Assembly (NCBI GenBank): GCA_001766825.1
Contig: LYOR01000001.1
Span: 30,945 to 94,944 of the forward strand
From: Candidatus Syntropharchaeum butanivorans
Lineage (GTDB): Archaea > Halobacteriota > Syntropharchaeia > Syntropharchaeales > Syntropharchaeaceae
Length of the DNA stretch: 64,000 nucleotides
Reading direction: 5' to 3'
The number at the start of each line of letters is the position of its first letter. The first letter of the stretch is position 1. Below are positions 50,084-58,452 of the stretch, in pieces. The notes beneath the pieces are model-generated. The model was not told the origin of the DNA and ran no database searches. It saw nothing but the letters and a program-made list of their open reading frames with translations. Made by a program: the position numbers and the translations under genes.

Positions 50084-51615
50084 TGCTGCAAGATCACCGG
50101 CAAGCTCAAAAACTCACCCGGCTCTCCCCTGAGCTTCTCTGGAGCTGTTTTAACCCACTCTTTTGTGCTTGTCACAACCTCCTTGCCTGCTGCAACCGGC
50201 CCCTCTGTTACCGCAGTCTCTGCAAGTGCCCCCAAACCAACCACATCGCGCGTAAAAGCAATCGGGAACATCACCATTGATTCCGGTCCTGCACTGTGCC
50301 TGTATTTCTTCTCCCCCCATGCCTCAAGCTTGAGTACGGCCTTATGGAACGGTCGTTTTTCCTTCTCTATCTCCTTTTCAAGGGCTTCTTTTCGTAGCTT
50401 ACGCTCATGTAATTCCTTCTTCTTTGCCTCCTGCTTAACAATATACTCACGTGAATACCCGATGAGTTCGCGGTACCCCGGTGGTAGTACCTTTATCTCC
50501 TTCGGTATTTGTTCAGGGGAGGCTGTCACACGTGCTGGTGGTTGATAATATTCCATTACAGTGGGTGATGTCTCCTTCTGCTTCCCTGCCTTTTTATACC
50601 ACTCAGGTGGAGTGGTTGTCACACGTGCTGGTGTTGGGGATGGAAGGGGTTTGCCGGAACCTATTACAATATCCTCAAAACTCAGATACCCTTTCTTTTT
50701 AGGCTGCTGCTGCTTTTGTGGCTGTGGTTTTGGCTTTGGCTTTACCGGCTCTGTCCAAGTTGCTATAAGCTCATTTTGCTTGCCAAGTGAGAAGGAAAAA
50801 GGTACATCAGCGGGTATGAGCTTCTTCACATTCTTCGCAGCCTGCTCATAAGCCTGCCGGATGGATTTTGCCACAGCTTCAAACTCCTTGAGCCTACCAC
50901 CGGCCCATGCAGGAGCCTTGATGCCATATTTTTTACCACCAAACTCAACTTCTGTCCTGACCTGCTTTGCAACACGTGATGGATAATCACCACGCTCAAG
51001 CTTCCATTGAAGTATGCCAAGATACTCAGATTTGGTAGGAGGGTTTGGAAGTGGTACAAAGGTTGGCTTGCCATGCTCCCACAGCACAGTACCCCATTTA
51101 TAGCCAAGTGCTCGTGCAACATCAGGTGGGTTTGCAGCAGCACCCATCATCTGTACCTTGCCATCCTCAATCTTAACCCACATGCCGCCTGAGTGGGTTT
51201 GGGATGGCTTGATGGGGGGTCTTCGTTGTGTGGGTGTTCCTGACTCCGGGATATAGAGAATACCATACTTTGTTTGAACCTGTTTGTACCACGTGCCGCT
51301 GAGCTTTATCCTGCCCATTGGCTTTCCTCTGCCGGCCCTGTACTCCTTCATCATCTTCTCTTTTCGCTCACGCTCCCGCCGGATTCTCTTCCTCCTCCTT
51401 CTCTCACGTTCTGCCTTCTCACGTGCAATTCGCTGCTCAATCTCCCTCCTCTTCCTCTCAAGCTCTGCCTGCTGCTCTGCACGATATCGCTTGAGGGCTT
51501 CCTCACGCATGAGTGAGGGGTAGATGGGTATATCACGCTGGATATCTTGCTTCAGCTTCTGGTATTCGGATTCGCTCAGTTTCATGATATCTCCCTCAAC
51601 ATTCAATCTCCACAT
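50062..51615 (-). CDS. basic coiled-coil protein, hypothetical (element-encoded)
   Basis: 517 aa. N-terminal charged helix (KRYRAEQQAELERKRREIEQRIAREKAERERRRRKRIRRERERKEK), PKPKPQPQKQQQPKKK linker, second helical region. Overlaps the previous gene by 22 nt. Confidence 0.5.
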   Translation of the reverse strand: MWRLNVEGDIMKLSESEYQKLKQDIQRDIPIYPSLMREEALKRYRAEQQAELERKRREIEQRIAREKAERERRRRKRIRRERERKEKMMKEYRAGRGKPMGRIKLSGTWYKQVQTKYGILYIPESGTPTQRRPPIKPSQTHSGGMWVKIEDGKVQMMGAAANPPDVARALGYKWGTVLWEHGKPTFVPLPNPPTKSEYLGILQWKLERGDYPSRVAKQVRTEVEFGGKKYGIKAPAWAGGRLKEFEAVAKSIRQAYEQAAKNVKKLIPADVPFSFSLGKQNELIATWTEPVKPKPKPQPQKQQQPKKKGYLSFEDIVIGSGKPLPSPTPARVTTTPPEWYKKAGKQKETSPTVMEYYQPPARVTASPEQIPKEIKVLPPGYRELIGYSREYIVKQEAKKKELHERKLRKEALEKEIEKEKRPFHKAVLKLEAWGEKKYRHSAGPESMVMFPIAFTRDVVGLGALAETAVTEGPVAAGKEVVTSTKEWVKTAPEKLRGEPGEFLSLPVILQQCGFLVR

Positions 51616-51868
51616 TAAAATATGCAGATCTCTTATAAAACTGTTTGGTGTGTGATTTACAATTCAAAAAATGAAAAAAGAGGGTGATAATCCCCCTCAA
51701 GTGTATATTTCCACACCACAATCGTCTAATTTCTCCCTTACAAAGGGAGAACCCCGCAGCCGCTCCATAATCGTCTCAAAGATCGAAAACGCTGCATTCA
51801 AGTCATTGTCCTCGATCTCGATTGCAAGCACATCCTCGCCGATTGAAAGCTGAATCCTGGCCATTCAA

Positions 51869-52084
51869 TCATCCTCCTGGTAGATTGCAATCAGGATGAT
51901 GTATTTGGGTTTTTTTCCGGAGCATCTCTCGAAGCTCGGCGTAGGCTTCACGTCTCTGCTGCCCATTATTATGCTTCCCCGGGGGCGCATAAGTCTGAAG
52001 TTGCTCCCATGGACTGCAATTCTCGCAGAATTCGGTGCCGGCCGTCGGACACCCGCAACAGAAGCACCATGTGTCTTTCATCAT
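51869..52084 (-). CDS. small zinc-finger protein (element-encoded)
   Basis: 71 aa with CFCCGC, CENC and a C-terminal HHPDC. Confidence 0.35.
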   Translation of the reverse strand: MMKDTWCFCCGCPTAGTEFCENCSPWEQLQTYAPPGKHNNGQQRREAYAELREMLRKKTQIHHPDCNLPGG

Positions 52085-52548
52085 CTTCTATCACCTCCAT
52101 TAAAGCTAAAATCATCTTTCTCCTGGGGTGTCTTAATGTTAAAATGATGCTTTAACATTAAGACCCTCTCTCCTTCTTCTGTGAGACAGACCTTTTTGAT
52201 CTGTGGTCTCAAAATCTCGATATGTGGGTAAACACACCCTTTTTTTGTTTTAAATTCCAATTTTACAAGCCCCTTTTCTTCCAAATTTCTGAGCGACCGG
52301 CTAAAACTCACAGCAAAGCTTGGGATGTGACCCCTCCCATAGGCAAGTGCAGCAGCCGTTTTCAACCCTCTGTAATTGAGTTCCCCACCACTATCATTGA
52401 GAATCTTTAGAATTACAAGCTGTAACCTACTGAGTCTTCTATCTGGCTTGGGTGGGTTTTCCTCCTCGTTTCTCATCTTTTCCATTAAATCGAGGAAGAG
52501 GAGGTCAAGAGGAGTTTCCCCCCGATCTTTTTCTCTCCGTGGCCACAT
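52081..52548 (-). CDS. winged-helix DNA-binding protein (element-encoded)
   Basis: 155 aa. LSRLQLVILKILNDSGGELNYRGLKTAAALAYGRGHIPSFAVSFSRSLRNLEEKGLVKLEF has a MarR/PadR-like wHTH pattern. 4-nt overlap with the upstream gene. Confidence 0.45.
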   Translation of the reverse strand: MWPRREKDRGETPLDLLFLDLMEKMRNEEENPPKPDRRLSRLQLVILKILNDSGGELNYRGLKTAAALAYGRGHIPSFAVSFSRSLRNLEEKGLVKLEFKTKKGCVYPHIEILRPQIKKVCLTEEGERVLMLKHHFNIKTPQEKDDFSFNGGDRR

Positions 52549-52552
52549 CCAT

Positions 52553-52834
52553 CTACCCCCTTACTTCCGACGCATCATACGTTTTAATGCATCGAAGGGA
52601 CCAGTCAAACGCTTTAACTTGGCCTATACCATGACTGGCAAGCACATACCCTTTAGGCGGGGATCCTTCGAGAACCCAGAGTTCCACCCTGTAGTTATCC
52701 TCTTCGTATGAGTCCGGTGGACTCGCTCTTAACCACGCTCGTGATGTTTCATCCTTCCCTTCATATCGTCTGACTACGACCCGCTTTGCCTTTTCAATCA
52801 GTTTTTTCATTGTTTCCTCATACATTAACATCAC
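52553..52834 (-). CDS. hypothetical small protein (element-encoded)
   Basis: 93-aa ORF immediately downstream of the replication gene; no motif I can name. Confidence 0.3.
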   Translation of the reverse strand: MMLMYEETMKKLIEKAKRVVVRRYEGKDETSRAWLRASPPDSYEEDNYRVELWVLEGSPPKGYVLASHGIGQVKAFDWSLRCIKTYDASEVRG

Positions 52835-55775
52835 CTCCGTTCAAATCCGTGAAAATCATACCGAGAGCGCTACGGAGGGTTAGATCATTTGGATCTCTCT
52901 TGAGAAGGCCTAACAGCTGCAACTGGCTTGTCGCAGCCTCAATGAAGCTGTCCCGCTTTTTGTTGTTCAGGAGCTGCTTGTTGTGTTGTATGAAGTCTTT
53001 GAGCTTTCGTATTATTGTGTTGAGGTCATCGGTGCCGGTGATTGGATCAGCAATACCCCGACCCTTAAGGGTATGCATTTCTGCGTCCGGTTCGTCCACT
53101 TCGCCCGGGCCGGACGCACCGGGCGCAAAGGACGCAAGATTGACATTACTAAGGGGGTGGGGGTGAGAGTGATTATTGTTACTCTTTTTATAGATGTTGA
53201 TGAATCGCTCTCCTGACTTCCCGCGCTCAATCATCACTCCAATCGCTGCAAGGTTGGTCTTAAGCCGTTCAAGCTCCTCTGAAAGCCCTTTGGGCGAGCC
53301 TTTCCACTCCCTCGATCGTCTGTCCACCCCAAGCTCTTTTGCCTTAAGATTGAAAATCTGTAACAGCTCGCTTGCCGTCCCCTGCCACTGCCGTTCACCA
53401 TCCAGGAAGTTGTGTCTGATCCCCTCCTCATTAATGTAATATCTATCGTTAATCAACGCAAGCAATACACTCCCCATTATCGAGCTCTCAACGACCCGGA
53501 TATTGTCGTCACCCTTCGAGCTCAAATAATCCTCCAAGAATGTTCCTGCCTCATAACCAAGCGCTCTCAAACACGCTTCGCCCACCTCTGCGTAGTCAAA
53601 CATACGTACCTCACCCGGGATCCTGATTTTTTCGCTCTTGAGTACCCTCAGTGTCTTTGAAAGGAGATCGAGAAGCGCACCGAAGAGCTGTGGTTTTGTT
53701 GCTTCAAACACCTGTTGTAGTCCTCGCTCGCTCCTGTTATCCTCACGCCTCGTCAGTTTGAAAAATAAGCTTCGATCCACCACATCTGGCCGGTATAGTG
53801 GAATTAATATGCCGTTCAACACGATAGCCCGCTTGTAATTGTAGATCACTTCATCCTCGTCTGTATAAAGTGCCCGCTTTGTCTCTCCTGCCCCCGTGAC
53901 AGCCCTTGCGAGGACGTCTGACTGCCAGTCCCTGATCATACCCTCATTATCGAAAACTGCACAGTAATGGTGGAATAACGCAATGATCATGTCATTATCC
54001 CTCGTTGGCATCCTGAGTGTTTCAGTTTTCGATGGATCAATCAAATCTTTAATCCATTTGGAGAATGTGGTTTTTCTGGAACCGTGCTGACCGTAAAACA
54101 CTATAATCGGTCTTGGAATCTCCGGGAAGAAGTATGAGATGACCGCTGTGAGGAGAAGCCGCCTATCTCGCTCGTTTTCAATCGTGAAAAAGTCCCAAAG
54201 CCGTTCAATCCTACCACCGTGCTCCGGTCTCGCCTGTGGTCGTTGATGCTGTTCTCTTCTGAAAAGAATGGGTGGATCTGTGGTGATTCTCCACCCGCTC
54301 TCATCAATCTCAATAACCTCACCGGCCTCGTTTGCAAGGTCGTAATAGATCTTGCCGTTAAACTCACCGATCCTGTTCCACAGGTAGAATTGGCTGCCGT
54401 CAAACCTCGCAATGCCCGACAGGGTTGTTGTTGCCGTCGTCAACGCTTCATTACTCAATGTTTTTTGTTCGGCTTCCCACCACACCCGAGCGAGCCACTC
54501 TTTAAATTCACGTGATCTGATCCTCAACGCCCGTGTTCCCTTTTCGTTTTCGATGATCGCATGTGGTTCGTCGTATTGATCGCAACCGATTCCTTTGAGA
54601 AGACTCAGGGCGAGAGAAACGAGTCTGTCGTTTTGAGACTTTGGCTTTGAACCCCCTTCCTTGGTCGATTCTTCGCTTTTTGTGTTTTTCCTTTCCTTAC
54701 ACAGCTCACAGAGATGACTCACAAGAGAAGCGCAATCCCGCTGTATCGTTGCACACCTGTGAGGCCGTATCCCCCTCACCCTGGTCCGATCAATGTGTGA
54801 TTGTGTGACCGCCGAATCATAATCTGCCTGCAGTTTGAAGACCTCGTGAATCTCCTGATCTGTATATCCTGCTGCAACGAGCTCAGCAACCAGCGCAAGC
54901 CTGAAATGATGCCCATCTCCGCCTGTGAGCTGCCAGCGCTGCTCTATCGCCTGTTTAAAACACGGGCGTAGCTCCCCTTTCACCTCTGGTGGATTTGCGG
55001 GCTGTACATCTCTCTCAACCTCAAGATTCAGGATATAATCTCTCAATCGCTCATCTTCACTTCTCACAAGTGGATCAACAGCATAAGAAAGCCTGTGCGG
55101 TCTCTCTGGTGTATCCTCCCCCTTTATCGATCTGGTGCCGATCACCTTGATGATGCGCGGTAAATCACCGATGTTATCGATCTCTGCGCGATCGTTCTCA
55201 AACTTCTCTTTGATTAGCTTCTGGAATGCCTGGAGCTTTGCCTGTACCGCTTCCCTGTTCTCATCGTCAAGCTCGATGGGTGGAATTCCTGACCATAGCT
55301 GGAAGCCGTTGCCGCTCATACACTTGATGGGTCTATGGAACCCCTGAGACTCAAACCACTCGATGATCTGATCTGCAACCTCCTCAGCCTTCTCAAGCTC
55401 CTCATCCGTTGCTGGCTGCTTGCTGTCTGGTCGTCTCGCATCAACATCGATGATCGATGCATTCACAGCTGCTATATCCTCAGCCCTCCCCCTTCGCTGC
55501 TTTCGTGGATTGATACCGACATAGACGTTATAATCACCATTAAGCTGCCTGCATCGATCTACAAAGTCATCCTCGTCCTTCACAAAGTAAATTACTGGCT
55601 TCTTCTCCCCGTTCGGATCGATTCCTCGGATCTCGGTGAGTGATTGGTGTGCTAAGAATCGGTAGACCTGTCTGACAGTCAGAGCATCAAACTCTAAGCC
55701 TCCGTGTGCTGAATCGAAAGGCTTAAGTATGCTGGTATCCGGAGATGTATTTGTAAAGCTCTCATCTTTGTCCAT
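52818..55775 (-). CDS. replication protein: archaeo-eukaryotic primase-polymerase (PrimPol) domain fused to D5/SF3-type P-loop helicase
   Basis: The ORF runs to 55865; the likely start is MDKDES. N-terminal PrimPol block YVGINPR..ASIIDVDAR (acidic DxD). Middle Zn/primase-C region (CATIQRDCASLVSHLCELC). C-terminal Walker A VFYGQHGSRKTTFSKW and Walker B-like CAVFDNEG. Confidence 0.7.
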   Translation of the reverse strand: MDKDESFTNTSPDTSILKPFDSAHGGLEFDALTVRQVYRFLAHQSLTEIRGIDPNGEKKPVIYFVKDEDDFVDRCRQLNGDYNVYVGINPRKQRRGRAEDIAAVNASIIDVDARRPDSKQPATDEELEKAEEVADQIIEWFESQGFHRPIKCMSGNGFQLWSGIPPIELDDENREAVQAKLQAFQKLIKEKFENDRAEIDNIGDLPRIIKVIGTRSIKGEDTPERPHRLSYAVDPLVRSEDERLRDYILNLEVERDVQPANPPEVKGELRPCFKQAIEQRWQLTGGDGHHFRLALVAELVAAGYTDQEIHEVFKLQADYDSAVTQSHIDRTRVRGIRPHRCATIQRDCASLVSHLCELCKERKNTKSEESTKEGGSKPKSQNDRLVSLALSLLKGIGCDQYDEPHAIIENEKGTRALRIRSREFKEWLARVWWEAEQKTLSNEALTTATTTLSGIARFDGSQFYLWNRIGEFNGKIYYDLANEAGEVIEIDESGWRITTDPPILFRREQHQRPQARPEHGGRIERLWDFFTIENERDRRLLLTAVISYFFPEIPRPIIVFYGQHGSRKTTFSKWIKDLIDPSKTETLRMPTRDNDMIIALFHHYCAVFDNEGMIRDWQSDVLARAVTGAGETKRALYTDEDEVIYNYKRAIVLNGILIPLYRPDVVDRSLFFKLTRREDNRSERGLQQVFEATKPQLFGALLDLLSKTLRVLKSEKIRIPGEVRMFDYAEVGEACLRALGYEAGTFLEDYLSSKGDDNIRVVESSIMGSVLLALINDRYYINEEGIRHNFLDGERQWQGTASELLQIFNLKAKELGVDRRSREWKGSPKGLSEELERLKTNLAAIGVMIERGKSGERFINIYKKSNNNHSHPHPLSNVNLASFAPGASGPGEVDEPDAEMHTLKGRGIADPITGTDDLNTIIRKLKDFIQHNKQLLNNKKRDSFIEAATSQLQLLGLLKRDPNDLTLRSALGMIFTDLNGGDVNV

Positions 55776-55783
55776 ATTTTTTT

Positions 55784-56035
55784 TCACCTCCCCACAATCC
55801 TCACACCGTTGTGAGGCACGATTTGGACCAACCCTGCATTCTCCATCGCGGTGAGGAGATCCCACACCTCGCCCCTTGTGAGCCTGAAATAAGGTGAAAG
55901 AATCCTGTAAACCTCACCGAAGCGTATTATGCCTGAACGTGTCCTGTTTTTTGCTTTTTCGTCAAGTAGCTTAGTTGCTTTTACCAGGAACTTCGGTACC
56001 TGCTTCTTTTCCTCGATGAGAACTACTGGATCCAT
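55784..56035 (-). CDS. small winged-helix DNA-binding protein (element-encoded)
   Basis: Start set at MDPVVL, with GGAGG 8 nt upstream on the coding strand. IIRFGEVYRILSPYFRLTRGEVWDLLTAMENAGLVQI is a wHTH-like segment. Confidence 0.45.
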   Translation of the reverse strand: MDPVVLIEEKKQVPKFLVKATKLLDEKAKNRTRSGIIRFGEVYRILSPYFRLTRGEVWDLLTAMENAGLVQIVPHNGVRIVGR

Positions 56036-56088
56036 GTAGGGTTCCTCCTTCTTTTTTTCCAACCTCTTCCAACCATTTCCCAAGAAAT

Positions 56089-56256
56089 TCAAAGACTCGC
56101 TGCATCCTTTTCACCTTCTGTCATCTCGAGGATCTTTCTCATCCCAGCTTCAATGAAAGCGCTCCGGGATATTACTCCGTTCCGGGTCTGTCGTGCGCGG
56201 TCAATCTTCTCAAGCACCTCGGGACTCATCGCGATGTTTACTATTTTGCGGGTCAT
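56089..56256 (-). CDS. ribbon-helix-helix (CopG/Arc/MetJ-type) regulator (element-encoded)
   Basis: 55 aa MTRKIVNIAMSPEVLEKIDRARQTRNGVISRSAFIEAGMRKILEMTEGEKDAASL. Beta-strand then two helices, RHH pattern. Below the ORF-track cutoff. It is the first gene of the minus-strand replication operon. Confidence 0.5.
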   Translation of the reverse strand: MTRKIVNIAMSPEVLEKIDRARQTRNGVISRSAFIEAGMRKILEMTEGEKDAASL

Positions 56257-56330
56257 GTTTCAAACCTCCAATTTCTACAACAAAAATGGGGAAACTTATA
56301 TATATGTGTTAATAACAAATAGTTTGTTAG

Positions 56331-57125
56331 GTGATCGAAATGCCAACGAAAACGACTCTTGAGAATATCTTAGACAAACCCAATATCCTCAAAATCCTTT
56401 GCTCCTGGGAGGGTAGGAAGGAAGAATGGCTCAGATGGAGTGAAATCAAAAAACAGACAGGTCTGGTAGATGTTGAGGTCAGCCGGGGCTTAAATGCGCT
56501 TGTTAAATTCGGGCTGCTTGAAAGAAAACTTAAGGGCAGGACTGCCTACTACAGACCGACCTTTGAGTTTATCAGAGAAATACTCAGATCCAGTGATATC
56601 GGCTTTATCAAAAAATTTCCGAAAGAAGAGATTGATCCTGGTCCCTTTGATCCTGAAAAAGGCTATTCCTCGACTATTTATACAATTCTTCCAGACCTTG
56701 ATAAGCACGAAAAAACGGAAATAGAAGAGAAACTCTCAGAGGTTTTTTCAGCCCTTGACTCTTTTGCAGAGGTGCTGAATCAAATCTTCATGAAAAAGTA
56801 TCTCACGGATCTCTACGAAAGCCTTGAAGAGAACCTCGCTGAAGTAACTGAAAAAGAGAAGTGGTTATATGAGCTGCTCGATCCGGAATCAAAACTATAC
56901 GACCTGCTCGCGGGATCAGAAAAAAACAGGAAAGGAGAGATATACAAAAAACTCATTGATATCTGTGTGGCGATGGGGCTGGAACCAACGCCCGATAACA
57001 TCGTGGCGCTTGTCCATCATATTTTTAATGCGAGAAGGAGGTATTCTTATCCCCTTGGTATCGTGTGGCGATATCAGTTTGATCTTGAGAAGCAAATTAA
57101 GAGGAGAGCTCGGGAAGGAATCTAA
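56331..57125 (+). CDS. winged-helix protein (possible element regulator), hypothetical
   Basis: 264 aa. N-terminal WLRWSEIKKQTGLVDVEVSRGLNALVKFGLLERK wHTH; acidic helical C-terminal domain. Divergent from the RHH/Rep operon. Confidence 0.45.
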   Translation: MIEMPTKTTLENILDKPNILKILCSWEGRKEEWLRWSEIKKQTGLVDVEVSRGLNALVKFGLLERKLKGRTAYYRPTFEFIREILRSSDIGFIKKFPKEEIDPGPFDPEKGYSSTIYTILPDLDKHEKTEIEEKLSEVFSALDSFAEVLNQIFMKKYLTDLYESLEENLAEVTEKEKWLYELLDPESKLYDLLAGSEKNRKGEIYKKLIDICVAMGLEPTPDNIVALVHHIFNARRRYSYPLGIVWRYQFDLEKQIKRRAREGI

Positions 57126-58318
57126 AACTCAAAGAGGTCCTCCTCTCCTCTTTCCTTTACTACATTAAAAAACAACCTCTTCACGTCGGGATGTTTTTCA
57201 GCCAGCTTTTCAAGGAATGCGATCAGGACGTCTTCAAACCTGTCTTCCCTGCTGTAATCTCCATCCAGGGGCAGGTAACACCTCTTACAAAACCGCACAC
57301 CCGGCTCATTCACCTCACCACACCGCGGGCATTGGTCAGGCTTGAAAGCCGTTCCGTTCTTCCTCTTCTCATCCCTAATACCGTGCATTGCAAGAAGCGC
57401 ATCATCCACGTCCCGCCCGCTCAGGTGGACATACACCGCCGCCATCTCCGATGACTGTTCCCACCCAAAACACTCTTTCATTTGGGCCTCTGTCAGGTGA
57501 GATGCAAGGTGTGTTGCCCGTGCATGTCTGAAAGAGTGTGGATTTACCCGCTTCTTAACCCCTGCCTTTTTAGCAAGCTGCCTCAATGTCCTTGCTACAA
57601 AACCGTAGCTTAAATGCTCATTCTTCCACTTCGGGTTGTTCGGTGTCGGTATCTTCCTCCAGAGGTAAGCTTCTGGATCGTCCTTCATGGGATGCTCCTC
57701 TATCCATGCCTGAAGAGCCGGTACCGACGTGATCAGTCTCACCCTCCTGCTCCCAGTCTTCCCGTGCACATGCAGGACCGCACCATATTGATCAAACTCC
57801 AGGTGCTTGAGTCTGAGTGGCAGGAACTCCCCGATCCGGCAACCTGATTCATATAATGCAAGCACGAAAGCACGATCCCTTGTGTTGTATGCCACACCAG
57901 CCATCGCCTTGATCTCCTCCTCTGTCAGGATCTCATCAGGAAGTTTTGAGCCTGTCCTCACCGGCTTGATCTTCAGATCCTCAACAAGATCATCCTTCCC
58001 GATAAATCGCAGGTACTTTCTCAGGATGACCTTCTTATCATGCTTGGACCACTCCGAAAAATCACCCATCTCAATTGAGAGGATGAGCCGCCTGATGTCA
58101 TCCTCACCTGCCTCCCTGAATGACTTGCCAAGCTCCCTTGACAGTGGGCGTAGAGTGAATAGATATTTGAGCAGCCTGGATGACCCGATCCCATCCATCA
58201 TCGCGCTCTCACAGAACCGCCTCACATCCTCCCTGTCATCAGGATGTATGCCCTCGAGAATCTCCTCAAACTTCTCTCTAAACAGCTTATCCTGCTTATG
58301 TACATCTGCTTTAACCAT
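57122..58318 (-). CDS. tyrosine recombinase / integrase with C-terminal zinc ribbon
   Basis: 398 aa. Catalytic signature R..(RIGE), HSFRHARATHL (HxxR), AAVYVHL (Tyr nucleophile). A C-terminal CPRCGEVNEPGVRFCKRC zinc ribbon. Lies 62 nt from tRNA-Thr. Confidence 0.75.
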   Translation of the reverse strand: MVKADVHKQDKLFREKFEEILEGIHPDDREDVRRFCESAMMDGIGSSRLLKYLFTLRPLSRELGKSFREAGEDDIRRLILSIEMGDFSEWSKHDKKVILRKYLRFIGKDDLVEDLKIKPVRTGSKLPDEILTEEEIKAMAGVAYNTRDRAFVLALYESGCRIGEFLPLRLKHLEFDQYGAVLHVHGKTGSRRVRLITSVPALQAWIEEHPMKDDPEAYLWRKIPTPNNPKWKNEHLSYGFVARTLRQLAKKAGVKKRVNPHSFRHARATHLASHLTEAQMKECFGWEQSSEMAAVYVHLSGRDVDDALLAMHGIRDEKRKNGTAFKPDQCPRCGEVNEPGVRFCKRCYLPLDGDYSREDRFEDVLIAFLEKLAEKHPDVKRLFFNVVKERGEEDLFEF

Positions 58319-58379
58319 ATCAATCCGTCCTCTGCCTCCATCGGATATATATGGCAGAGGCTTATGATGTGGTTAAAAC

Positions 58380-58392
58380 AAGCCGCTGGTGG
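58380..58392. repeat. attR-type direct repeat (within the tRNA-Thr 3' end)
   Basis: aagccgctggtgg is identical to 46940..46952. Confidence 0.6.
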
Positions 58393-58452
58393 GATTCGAA
58401 CCCACGACCTGCTGATTACGAGTCAGCCGCTCTTCCACTAAGCCACAGCGGC
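58381..58452 (-). tRNA. tRNA-Thr (anticodon CGU)
   Basis: Reverse complement: GCCGCTGTGGCTTAGTGGAAGAGCGGCTGACTCGTAATCAGCAGGTCGTGGGTTCGAATCCCACCAGCGGCT. 72 nt. Acceptor GCCGCTG/CAGCGGC; anticodon stem GCTGA/TCAGC with loop CTCGTAA; T-arm GTGGG-TTCGAAT-CCCAC. Confidence 0.85.

Larger units (their letters stand above)
46940..58392. mobile_element. integrated plasmid/provirus-like element (~11.4 kb) inserted at tRNA-Thr(CGT)
   Basis: Bounded by the 13-nt direct repeats. A tyrosine integrase sits at the tRNA-proximal end. It carries a PrimPol-SF3 helicase replication protein, RHH/AbrB/wHTH regulators and large basic repeat proteins. The adjacent islet is AT-rich and contains small unassigned ORFs. 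Confidence 0.65.

Noticed and set aside
48798-50545. Plus-strand ORFs (48798..49343, 49241..49663, 49922..50545) inside the basic-protein genes
   Set aside because: They are shadow frames opposite long minus-strand ORFs whose repeat structure and codon periodicity are coherent.
52818-55865. Rep protein as a DNA polymerase B or Cas-associated primase
   Set aside because: No polymerase-B motifs are present, and there are no neighbouring cas genes or CRISPR array. The PrimPol + SF3 helicase plasmid-Rep interpretation fits better.
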